Source of the DNA: a virus
Lineage: Duplodnaviria > Caudoviricetes
Virus record (IMG/VR): IMGVR_UViG_3300037042_000843
Coordinates: 1 to 26,150 of that record
Strand: one strand, 5' to 3'
Length of the DNA stretch: 26,150 nt
The notes under the pieces were generated by a model. That model was given only the letters and a program-made list of their open reading frames with translations, ran no database searches and was not told the origin of the DNA. Shown in pieces: positions 10,001 through 16,014 of this stretch; within the stretch, counting starts at the first letter, position 1, and each line of letters opens with the position of its first letter. Position numbers and translations under genes: made by a program.

Positions 10001-13000
10001 CAAAAGAATATTTTGAAGGAGATATATTAAATATAGATGAATCTTTAAGTAAATACGGGTCTAGTTACATTATAGATAGAAATACGCTAGAACCATTAGT
10101 AATGTACCATGGCACACCTTCAAAAAATATAATTGAATTTGATAATAAACAAAAGACAAGAAAGTCTAGTGGTCTAAGGGAAGTAGCTAACTTCTTTTCA
10201 TCCAATAAAGAATTAGCAGAAGTATACAGAAAAGCTGAGGTTAACGAAGATGTACAGAAAGATACAGAAAATAAAATAAAAAAACTAATAGAAATACAGA
10301 ATAAAGTAAGAAACAACAGAGAATACTATAGTATTGAAGCAGAGATTAAAGAGTTAAGAAAAGTTGGAAAAATATATGAGGTATTTTTAAATGTAAAAAA
10401 ACCTATAGAAGGTCAAGGTCAAGGATTAGATGATAGGGCATGGCGTAGTTTGAAACTTGATATTGGTTATAAAACAGCTGTGCAAAAATCTGATATACTT
10501 GACGCTCTTTCAGGTAATAACCCAATGTATAATAACGAAAAGTATGATGGGGCTGTTGTGTACAATATGGCAGATGTATCACAAACAAGTGCTTTATTTA
10601 CAACAGATGAAGAACAATTAGATAAACTAAGGACTCGACTAAAACCTCTTACGGGAACAGTTGTAGCTATTTGGGGAAAGAGTCAAATAAAACTTGCAGA
10701 CGGAACTAACACTACATTTGATCCAGACAGTCCAGACATCCGCAAGCAGAAGCCTAAGACCATCAACGACATAGTTAAGTTGACGAAGGACCAGGGGTTC
10801 TCTGATGCTGCTATCCGTCAGTACTTGAAGGAGCAGGGATACTCTGAAAAGAACATCAACGACGCAATGGAGCCAGACACTGGTGAGATACTTGTGAGTA
10901 AGATAAGGGAAGCTAGTCAAAAAGAACTGATGGCTAGACAGAAGAAGCTAACTATAAGAGATAGAATTAGAGCAATAAGAAATAAATTTATTGATAGACA
11001 GTCTGACATTAAGAGATTAATTAAAGGCATCGGAAGCAAGGAATCAATAAGAGCTTACAACTTATTAGTAAACAAGGCTGGTGCTAGTGGTTTTGCTAAC
11101 TACAGATTTAAAAACGCTGAAGCTGACATCTATAAGGGACTAAGTAAGAATGACTTAGATACACTTGATGATATTATATACGCAAGACGTATGGTGGCTA
11201 TTAATGAGAGCAGAGCTAAACAAGGAGCAGAGCCATACACTGGTATGGACGGTTACTCTGAGGTGAAGGCTTTAAAGGATTTAGATGCTATAAAGAACAA
11301 GATAGGTGAAAAGAAGTTCAACGAATTGAGTGAGAGAGCTACTAAATATTTTGGTGTGTTCTCAGAAAACTTAAAGAAGTTGTACGAGTCAGGTAGAATA
11401 AACGAGGAGACTTACATAAACTTAAGAGACATCGAGTACTCCCCTATCAGAACTATTAAGTACATCATTGGAGATAACTTAGACCCAGCAACTGTAGATA
11501 GAGAGGCTAGTAAGTTGGGAGTTAGTAAGAAAGATATAATGGCACTTACTGATAGCAACGATAACGCTATTATCTCTGACTCTAAGTGGCTACTTATGTT
11601 GAACGTTATGTCTGTTGAAGGACGAGCGTTCGAGAATAAGATGCTTAATGAGTTCAGTGACGCTATTGATGGAGCAACTCAAGAACAGAGAGACGCTATG
11701 TCTGAATTTATTATAGACAACCCTATAGTTAAGCAGACGTCTACTGGATCTATTCAGTACAAGTACAACCAAAATAATGTGCCTATAGGATACAGCATAG
11801 TGTCATTCTTTAAGAACGGAGTAAAGAAGGACCTAGTAGTAAAAGATGAATATGCTACACAGCTGTTAGATATTAAGTCTTCAAACAAGGCACTCAGTTT
11901 GATTGGTACTTTAACTGGAGCTAAGATTCTAAGGTTCTTTGCAACTGGAGGAAACCCGTTGTTTATTATTGGTAACACAGCGGTGGATTTCCAGAACATA
12001 TTATTCTTCTCAGACGTGTACTCAAAGTTCAAGTTGGTTGGTGGTGCTCAGTTAAGCTATGACTTTGTTAGAAAGTTCTTGAAGGGAGTAGCAACTAAAA
12101 ATAGAAAGAATGTAATATACAACGAATACGTTGAGCATGGTGGAGCTATGGACTTTCTATCTAACGACGGTCTTAGATCATTGAAGTCACTGTCTCCTAA
12201 AAACAAGATACTAAATCTTAGTCAGAAAGTATTAGTTGGCTACGGAAACATCATGTCCTACCTAGGTGAAAAATCTGAACTTGCATTTAGACTTGCTGTT
12301 TATGACAAAGTAAAAGGTGACGAGATATCTAAATTCAAAAAAGAAAACGGAAGGGGTCCTGATGCGAAAGAACTAGACGACATAATGTACGAGGCAACGA
12401 GAAACGCTAGAGAGACAATGGACTTTAATCAAGGAGGAACATGGGTTAAGACGGCTGACAATGTGATGCCATACTTAAATGCATCTATGCAAGGATTCAG
12501 AAGACCTCTTGAGTATGCTAAGAATAACCCATTAGGATTTACGTCTAGCTTAGTTCAAGCGGCAGTTATGGCTGGATCAGTTGCGGCACTATCTTTAGCA
12601 GCTCTTATGAGATCAGTTGGAGATGATGAGGAAGAGAAAAAGAAAGTACTAGATGTTCTAGAGTCATTATCTGACTACGAGAAGGCAACATACCATATAA
12701 TATTTACGGGTAAGAAAGATAAGGATGGGGAGTACGAGTACTACAGAATAAAAAAACTACCAGTTCTATCTGTAATATCAACTGCAACTGAGCAGTTCAC
12801 GTACAAGTACTTACTATCAGAGGCAGGAATTAAATATGATGTAGACCAAGAGGTGATAAATAAGTCTATATCGGCATCAACTCCATTCTCACCGTCTGAT
12901 ATTGCATCTAGAAATCCACTTATATCTGGACTTCTAACGTATAGTTTTAACTGGGATTCATTTACTGGGGAGAAAATCTTTAGAGAACCTAGAGATAAAA

Positions 13001-13692
13001 AGATAGCAGCTAGTGCGGAGGGAATGTACGACGATAAGGTAGAGGAGATATATAAAAAGATAGCACCTAGCTTAGGTTTGTCTCCTCTTAGAACTAAGGC
13101 AGCTATAGAGAAGATAGTTACTAGTGAGAACACTAACCCTATGATATCTATATTTTATGCGTCTGTGAATGGATTCTTTAATAAGGACGGGTACGGAGCT
13201 GAATTCTCAGAGGCATTTAATAATGTGTTTGATGCGTCCGCTAGAAAGTTAAAGAGAACTACTAACAAAGATAACATCAGATATAAGCAGGAGGACAAGA
13301 TAGAAAATCAAGAAATGATTATCGAGACAGATATATACAACAAAGAACAGAAGGTGTACAACACCATCAAGAATGTATATAAGGACGGGAAGGAGTTGTC
13401 AAACGGACAATTGATTGATTTGATAAAGACTAACTTTGAGAAAAAAGACCAGGAGAAGTATGCTAAAAAATATTACGCATACATCAAGAACATGAACATT
13501 GATAGGTCGATACTTGATATACTTTATGAAGAAACTCCAGAAGTACAAGCGTTAAGACTTTACAATAGATACGGATCAGAACTTGATAGTGAAGAGAAGA
13601 AGATACTGTCTAAGGTAATGGGTCAAGCTAAGATGAAGTTATCAAAGCAGGCTCTATACATATACGACAAGAAGTATTCAAAGAGAAAGTAA
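4012..13692 (+). CDS. Giant (3226 aa) polyvalent virion/ejection protein with zincin-like metallopeptidase, ART-like and LPD38-like domains
   Basis: AHEVFH (HExxH at 8362-8376) with a downstream EE. FKKWFGDWE...MYHGT...FFSS...YDG...QIK pattern of the ADP-ribosyltransferase-like domain of polyvalent proteins (9844-10740). C-terminal DFNQGG...MPYLNASMQG...YYRIKK, LPD38-like (about 12400-13300). Last gene of the virion arm. Confidence 0.8.
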   Translation: MADSRQALRDFVATSNSGKYKNEDELMSKFPELKSYSRQALRDFVATSNSGKYKNEDELLSKFPEFNAVKKKEATPAPKKKGVIFSPVTNLLASTSATSKPKTAQKPLVSSGGNIDDSKYYKFPGQQEATYKKSNNKWYVDTNSTGKYQPLTKGDVNARVKNLEQNAVFDEDITYSKNKSIGKILGATEGDQNNKALLRGEVFTGFPGKEQNKYRIIDDKWQYSVPKGSGYSNWADVTNDNSIKALSTQFNKLGKLDVSKNIDYISDFKAKNLLGDNATEQQLADKKEYFNNIEKQKILRASGFDVPLNGNLKDPQTVAAFKLFDAKMESKSASNNKNTQLNDKIDSVINANLITNDEEAVVSKLRKEFGADGFIFDETGIGDAITVSYSIDGVQETEPITIDLQTFRGGAPEMLKLRSYMKTKHVGDYERKLIGADTDGEAAVGTDDKVKHYSDLVSLMAKNPAKYGTELVQSGEIDNITEQGYRDIKEKYTVLGEDSKKLEEKINQYNLNPTKELELSINNDANRLKQREYQLKREVGVLKGIESNYSKAVGAYASKKEKDGSFIGGLTASFGKGIASIPKTLLNVATDVMPLTLKNNGLSDQQYEQYKQDGLTDSDIANKTSSMLKRTVVEDVEKGIINIASLGGTTKEYLGSEDRGIVSQAVNALAESIGANISGGGNPMLQKLAFFSQSYNNMESQMSGTEFDDMNALEKKGISVLYGIGIGQLEKLGFDVSTGIGTNPLIQKFINYTVGNTLKSLPKNASIHLIEEAISKNIKASIASNSIKVLAGGVAEATPEFVQSIGEVGLKNVVNAMHGKEYFQDVPDLTTADGIKEALSLASYDALVGGIGGSIMGSYSTYKSNRNTATADKDFELMNASLTDPVLLKAVKKNTVERLRSGAINKEQAQAEYADIDKSVGILKTIPANLSNREKRASYELLLEKNKLEKEIEGKDVNLVAKQKARVAEINNQLTKISEDATKESNVQEVTAEGSTSEYQGTSEGQQEVGISEGIQRETTQPSTDRGDSVVASEVQQEEVTRKIINRPSTLSEFGGQKFDTPLQGDTYIEGQQVIFEDRATGRVYELGNVDEVIDSPIAGLNTQAETVTVTNEGKISVDGTVWNTQPDLPTMGIEYNPVGEVQRVSLKDDNGNTTMFEGQKAVDIAYQIELQKIQSPEQQKLINDLLEQDEEFKTATADIKFTEAPVTIQEEAAPNIEQTVEQDQVATLRAEEQAEIKAKLPNAEYKADGKIDVDKLSVSDQLIYGSIYMKYDKLITPLLPAKKTVEQTAEIKALEDQRQEAVNELDSLYTELEGKGLTNEEIVSNPDYQKAVAKERELFLKINKPATKEGPTVEQEVEAIGQLLSGTDQEIDQKASKISNKKISKAVSRAAKAVSKIIPGTKFVVHDTDESYRAATKEEGLKQSSNGEFNAKTNTIHINGSSANNRTVAHEVFHAILINKVKTNKNAADVTKRMVQAIASKIDGNPELKKKLENFISRYDENIQNEEKLSELVGMLAENYNSFSTSVKDIITRWIDKLANIFRLDPFNRNETYDMLKTIAKKVAKGKEISEADVEILGGDSEVGTFNIPDARKQNVVKKSPSVANDTRDFIKEFVQDIDIREFNGSKFVTNMYDYTNAGITDLGNGFTINLLGGKNYVPLMMSINNKKIGDVSNLAAFNTKAQAETFIRNVEKSGSNLFAPHSGTKSQSWQFQQHTFAELVSLVLDKNILTNRELIDTFNNTIQNNAALKNKFNTFKKRYGKDINNFDTFESNPKEIVNLLDIENNLSPDIRKALNNSIASNKKFQAAIGVKNKEEFYDRIMDPLNKGIEGGEIMSVVKFDPTTFEIVKTLPSKEDHHPSFGWTVMAKIEAVYQPTEFHMSANVTDTYTKHNLSGEEVSRKANEPSFEQKNVASSAGAIPKVAEFNIEEEVTAIEDLMETRKQITPEMIDIKKEAESNGTFMKAPNGKASNLNESQWTQVRTEAFKKWFGDWESAAKEYFEGDILNIDESLSKYGSSYIIDRNTLEPLVMYHGTPSKNIIEFDNKQKTRKSSGLREVANFFSSNKELAEVYRKAEVNEDVQKDTENKIKKLIEIQNKVRNNREYYSIEAEIKELRKVGKIYEVFLNVKKPIEGQGQGLDDRAWRSLKLDIGYKTAVQKSDILDALSGNNPMYNNEKYDGAVVYNMADVSQTSALFTTDEEQLDKLRTRLKPLTGTVVAIWGKSQIKLADGTNTTFDPDSPDIRKQKPKTINDIVKLTKDQGFSDAAIRQYLKEQGYSEKNINDAMEPDTGEILVSKIREASQKELMARQKKLTIRDRIRAIRNKFIDRQSDIKRLIKGIGSKESIRAYNLLVNKAGASGFANYRFKNAEADIYKGLSKNDLDTLDDIIYARRMVAINESRAKQGAEPYTGMDGYSEVKALKDLDAIKNKIGEKKFNELSERATKYFGVFSENLKKLYESGRINEETYINLRDIEYSPIRTIKYIIGDNLDPATVDREASKLGVSKKDIMALTDSNDNAIISDSKWLLMLNVMSVEGRAFENKMLNEFSDAIDGATQEQRDAMSEFIIDNPIVKQTSTGSIQYKYNQNNVPIGYSIVSFFKNGVKKDLVVKDEYATQLLDIKSSNKALSLIGTLTGAKILRFFATGGNPLFIIGNTAVDFQNILFFSDVYSKFKLVGGAQLSYDFVRKFLKGVATKNRKNVIYNEYVEHGGAMDFLSNDGLRSLKSLSPKNKILNLSQKVLVGYGNIMSYLGEKSELAFRLAVYDKVKGDEISKFKKENGRGPDAKELDDIMYEATRNARETMDFNQGGTWVKTADNVMPYLNASMQGFRRPLEYAKNNPLGFTSSLVQAAVMAGSVAALSLAALMRSVGDDEEEKKKVLDVLESLSDYEKATYHIIFTGKKDKDGEYEYYRIKKLPVLSVISTATEQFTYKYLLSEAGIKYDVDQEVINKSISASTPFSPSDIASRNPLISGLLTYSFNWDSFTGEKIFREPRDKKIAASAEGMYDDKVEEIYKKIAPSLGLSPLRTKAAIEKIVTSENTNPMISIFYASVNGFFNKDGYGAEFSEAFNNVFDASARKLKRTTNKDNIRYKQEDKIENQEMIIETDIYNKEQKVYNTIKNVYKDGKELSNGQLIDLIKTNFEKKDQEKYAKKYYAYIKNMNIDRSILDILYEETPEVQALRLYNRYGSELDSEEKKILSKVMGQAKMKLSKQALYIYDKKYSKRK
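4021..4206 (+). repeat. Tandem 99-bp (33-aa period) in-frame repeat at the giant-protein N-terminus
   Basis: SRQALRDFVATSNSGKYKNEDEL[M/L]SKFPE occurs at 4021-4107 and 4120-4206. 28/29 aa are identical and the DNA differences are mostly synonymous. Confidence 0.95.
4218..4358 (+). other. Candidate programmed -1 frameshift / slippage site and its alternative-frame tail (43 aa)
   Basis: A10 run at 4218-4227 and in-frame A_AAA_AAG at 4245-4251. The -1 frame reads RSYACSKKEGCYIFARYKSVGIYFGYIKAKDGSKAFGIVWRKY* (TGA 4356-4358). It is closed upstream by TAA 4209-4211 and has no ATG/GTG/TTG start. Confidence 0.55.
6950..7132 (+). CDS. Nested (+1 frame) small basic protein, MPLKK...Q.VAIALS type
   Basis: ATG in an A-rich context (TAACAAAAATATCAGAAG-ATG). 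The product MPLKKATSKKSQQKVVQANIKELV...GKPRSQAQIVAIALSQAKYSKKK resembles a recognisable small phage protein family. Host-frame codons are atypical over this span. Confidence 0.75.
   Translation: MPLKKATSKKSQQKVVQANIKELVKDNKKSGLAKGSNGKPRSQAQIVAIALSQAKYSKKK
7580..7690 (+). CDS. Possible second nested +1-frame peptide (36 aa, basic)
   Basis: ATG 7580 to TAG 7690: MKNLKQQQQISNLQKLQLLSKKKQLQILNRLLNKTK. Same frame and same AAG-ATG context as 6950-7132. Confidence 0.3.
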   Translation: MKNLKQQQQISNLQKLQLLSKKKQLQILNRLLNKTK

Positions 13693-13697
13693 AAAAG

Positions 13698-13731
13698 AAT
13701 GTCCAGTTAAGTTTGAAATTAACTGGACATT
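13698..13731. terminator. Bidirectional intrinsic terminator between the convergent arms
   Basis: Perfect 13-bp inverted repeat AATGTCCAGTTAA / TTAACTGGACATT with an 8-nt loop. An A-run on the left gives a U-tract for - strand transcripts, and the right flank is T-rich. Confidence 0.85.
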
Positions 13732-13742
13732 TATCATTCTAA

Positions 13743-13910
13743 TTACTTGTCGTAGTCTAGCGCAACGTTATAGCACCAGTGTAGCATGTCGACATCTCGT
13801 TGTATAATGAACGGATGGTATCGTAGCTCAATTTTAACGTGCACACCCTTTACCTTTAGGATGTACTCCTGAACTACAGCAATCATTGTATTAACGTCTA
13901 TGTGTTCCAT
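13743..13910 (-). CDS. Hypothetical protein (55 aa; not in ORF track)
   Basis: MEHIDVNTMIAVVQEYILKVKGVHVKIELRYHPFIIQRDVDMLHWCYNVALDYDK. Its start overlaps the upstream stop (TGATG) and it fills the gap before the terminator. Confidence 0.7.
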   Translation of the reverse strand: MEHIDVNTMIAVVQEYILKVKGVHVKIELRYHPFIIQRDVDMLHWCYNVALDYDK

Positions 13911-15076
13911 CAGAAGAAAAATGGTTTAATGTTCTTTCTGTCTGAGTGTATGTCGATGTTCTGCATAACAAATCCAGAACGCCCCTTCTTAAAGTTAGTT
14001 TGGACCCACTCTGATGACGGACTGAATGCAGGATAGTTAAAGTAGTCAAACTCATCTGACGTACACATATCGAATAGGCACTGGTGAGAGTCACCCTTAC
14101 TGAACTCTATGTACTTACATCCTCTCAGCTCGTTGTTATGTCTGATGTACTGAGATATTTTCTCAACTGATCTAGGGTCAAGCATTGGCTTAAATCCAAA
14201 CTTAAGGTTCCTAGAGTCCTTACCATGACATATAATGAACGCATGGTCTCCTATAATGTAATAATTTATGAACTTCTGATGGTTAACAACTACTACGTTG
14301 TCGTGCTTACAGTCAACTATAGACTTAACGGCAGAGTTACATACGTACCCGAACGCACCAGCGTGATTATCTTCACATATGTTATTACATGTTATGTGCT
14401 TGTAGTGATTTGCTAACGTGTCAATCAAGTACATCTTAGCTTTTACTCCACAGTCGAACGCTTCTTCGTTAGTCATGTTCTGAGGTAGCTTATGACCTTT
14501 CCTTGTAGTTTCTCCATCCCAACCGTCTAAGTAGTCTCCTAGCTCGTCTATGATTAAAATATCGCTTGTCTTGTTAGCTAACACAAAGTCAACCATTAGG
14601 TCTATTCTAGACATCAATACTTCTCTGTTCCAGTCCATTGGATACAAGGCTAATCCTTTTCTACTAGCATCCATAGCTACGTGGACATCTGTCCATATAA
14701 GCCTATCAACTAGCTCACTCTTAGGCTTCTTGATTTTCTTGATTTTTACCCTTCCCTCCATACACTCAGATATGACCTTATCGAAGTCAATCTCTGCCAC
14801 CTTGAAGTGTGGGTTTCTAACAAAAAGAGATGCCTCTTTAGTTTTTAGCCATAGGTACGGAACGTTTGTTGGGTCTATTTGAAGAGTTTCAGATGCATTA
14901 ACTATTCCAAAATCTATAGTATTTATTTTACCAACCACACAGTTATGTATCGTCTTTCTAAACGAGTCACTGTACTCCATGTTTAGCTCCCTGGCTACCT
15001 CTCTGGCAATCTCTGTCTTGTTAGTCATGCCAGAGTTAAATAACTCAATGGCTTTGGTTTTGGCTTTCTCCATCAT
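13910..15076 (-). CDS. Calcineurin-like metallophosphoesterase with possible N-terminal HTH
   Basis: Motifs TDVH, GDYLDG, EDNH, HGKD and GDSH. The N-terminal NKTEIAREVA is HTH-like. The start is probably ATG at 15076 or 15073 rather than GTG at 15094. Confidence 0.75.
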   Translation of the reverse strand: MMEKAKTKAIELFNSGMTNKTEIAREVARELNMEYSDSFRKTIHNCVVGKINTIDFGIVNASETLQIDPTNVPYLWLKTKEASLFVRNPHFKVAEIDFDKVISECMEGRVKIKKIKKPKSELVDRLIWTDVHVAMDASRKGLALYPMDWNREVLMSRIDLMVDFVLANKTSDILIIDELGDYLDGWDGETTRKGHKLPQNMTNEEAFDCGVKAKMYLIDTLANHYKHITCNNICEDNHAGAFGYVCNSAVKSIVDCKHDNVVVVNHQKFINYYIIGDHAFIICHGKDSRNLKFGFKPMLDPRSVEKISQYIRHNNELRGCKYIEFSKGDSHQCLFDMCTSDEFDYFNYPAFSPSSEWVQTNFKKGRSGFVMQNIDIHSDRKNIKPFFF

Positions 15077-15224
15077 AAGATTTTTGTATGTCACTCAACG
15101 CTCGTTTAAGAGTTTTTATAATATGATCAACCGATTCATTATCCATCATCGCCTCGTATAGGTCGTTGCATAGGTCATGAACTTCGTTCATTGTTGAGTT
15201 AATGTATGCAGTGTTTAGTTCCAT
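15045..15224 (-). CDS. Hypothetical protein (59 aa; not in ORF track)
   Basis: MELNTAYINSTMNEVHDLCNDLYEAMMDNESVDHIIKTLKRALSDIQKSYDGESQNQSH. It lies directly downstream of a consensus promoter and overlaps the next gene start. Confidence 0.7.
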   Translation of the reverse strand: MELNTAYINSTMNEVHDLCNDLYEAMMDNESVDHIIKTLKRALSDIQKSYDGESQNQSH

Positions 15225-15241
15225 AACTTTAAGTTTATGGA

Positions 15242-15272
15242 CAAATATATTGCTTATTATTTAGATTATCAA
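15242..15272 (-). promoter_or_regulatory. Bacteroidota sigma70 promoter TTG-N20-TATATTTG
   Basis: On the - strand: TTG (15270-15272), a 20-nt spacer, then TATATTTG (15242-15249). Intergenic, 17 nt upstream of ATG 15224. Confidence 0.75.
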
Positions 15273-15518
15273 TTAAGTTACGTATATTTTTGAACTAAAT
15301 TTGTATGAATCAATGGTAAATGTGTACGAGTACTCCTTAAAGTGATCAATATCTATGACAGACCTGACTAATTTAAACAGCTGACGGCTTAGTGTGTCAG
15401 CTGGTATGGTTCCATCCTCGTTAAGTGTCATCGGGTACTGCTTGTTAACGATTGTCCTTTTTATTCTCTTCTTTGACGCTACCACCGTAACATCTGCTAT
15501 GTATACTGCTCTGGTCAT
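15273..15518 (-). CDS. Hypothetical protein (81 aa)
   Basis: ORF track. Same strand as its neighbours and overlaps the 3' end of the upstream gene. Confidence 0.6.
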   Translation of the reverse strand: MTRAVYIADVTVVASKKRIKRTIVNKQYPMTLNEDGTIPADTLSRQLFKLVRSVIDIDHFKEYSYTFTIDSYKFSSKIYVT

Positions 15519-15930
15519 ATTCTGCTATATATAATTCAATCACTCTAATTGTCTTCTCTAAATCTTCTTCAAAACGACCTTTCTTTCTACAACGTACAAT
15601 TCTTTTAATTATGTCAAATTCATAAGCATTTAAGTCATGATCAGCTGCAAACTTATATAAACTTCCGTTTGAGTTGTCGTAGTGAGCGTCTGTTAGTTTA
15701 GGTAATGGAGACTCTATAAAACCTTTTTCAATATAAGTGTCAATTCTATTTTGAGGAAGCACATCTTCAAGTTCTAAAATTTCTTTACAATGAAACTCGT
15801 GTATGTGTCTAACATCATCCCCAACTGTCACGTAGTACGTGCTGTCGTGCTTATCCTTTACGTCAAACTGTTCTCCAGTTCGTGTGCTATACCAATAGCC
15901 ACCACAACTCTTAATTACTTCTACCTTCAT
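15445..15930 (-). CDS. DUF3310-like protein (T7 gp1.7-like nucleotide kinase domain at the C-terminus)
   Basis: HYD...LNAYEFDIIKRIVRCRKKG...EDLEKT pattern. Adjacent to the RNR gene. Confidence 0.6.
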   Translation of the reverse strand: MKVEVIKSCGGYWYSTRTGEQFDVKDKHDSTYYVTVGDDVRHIHEFHCKEILELEDVLPQNRIDTYIEKGFIESPLPKLTDAHYDNSNGSLYKFAADHDLNAYEFDIIKRIVRCRKKGRFEEDLEKTIRVIELYIAEYDQSSIHSRCYGGSVKEENKKDNR

Positions 15931-16014
15931 AAAATTCTTTTTCTATTAAACTTAAATCATCATAGCTGTACTCAGCCATGGTATAGTCTTCACAATCATA
16001 ATAAGGATTTCATT

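Noticed and set aside
5655-13133. Numerous - strand ORFs (60-130 aa) antisense to the giant gene
   Set aside because: They are shadow ORFs rich in S/L/F/I, as expected from the reverse complement of biased coding sequence, with no motifs or initiation context.
4012-13692. Giant protein as a crAss/N4-type virion RNA polymerase
   Set aside because: No DxDxD/DFDID or T7-like polymerase motifs were recognised. The motifs fit a polyvalent protein instead.
13891-14094. Same-strand alternative-frame ORF inside the metallophosphoesterase gene
   Set aside because: Non-ATG start, no recognisable motif, and it overlaps conserved catalytic sequence rather than a linker.
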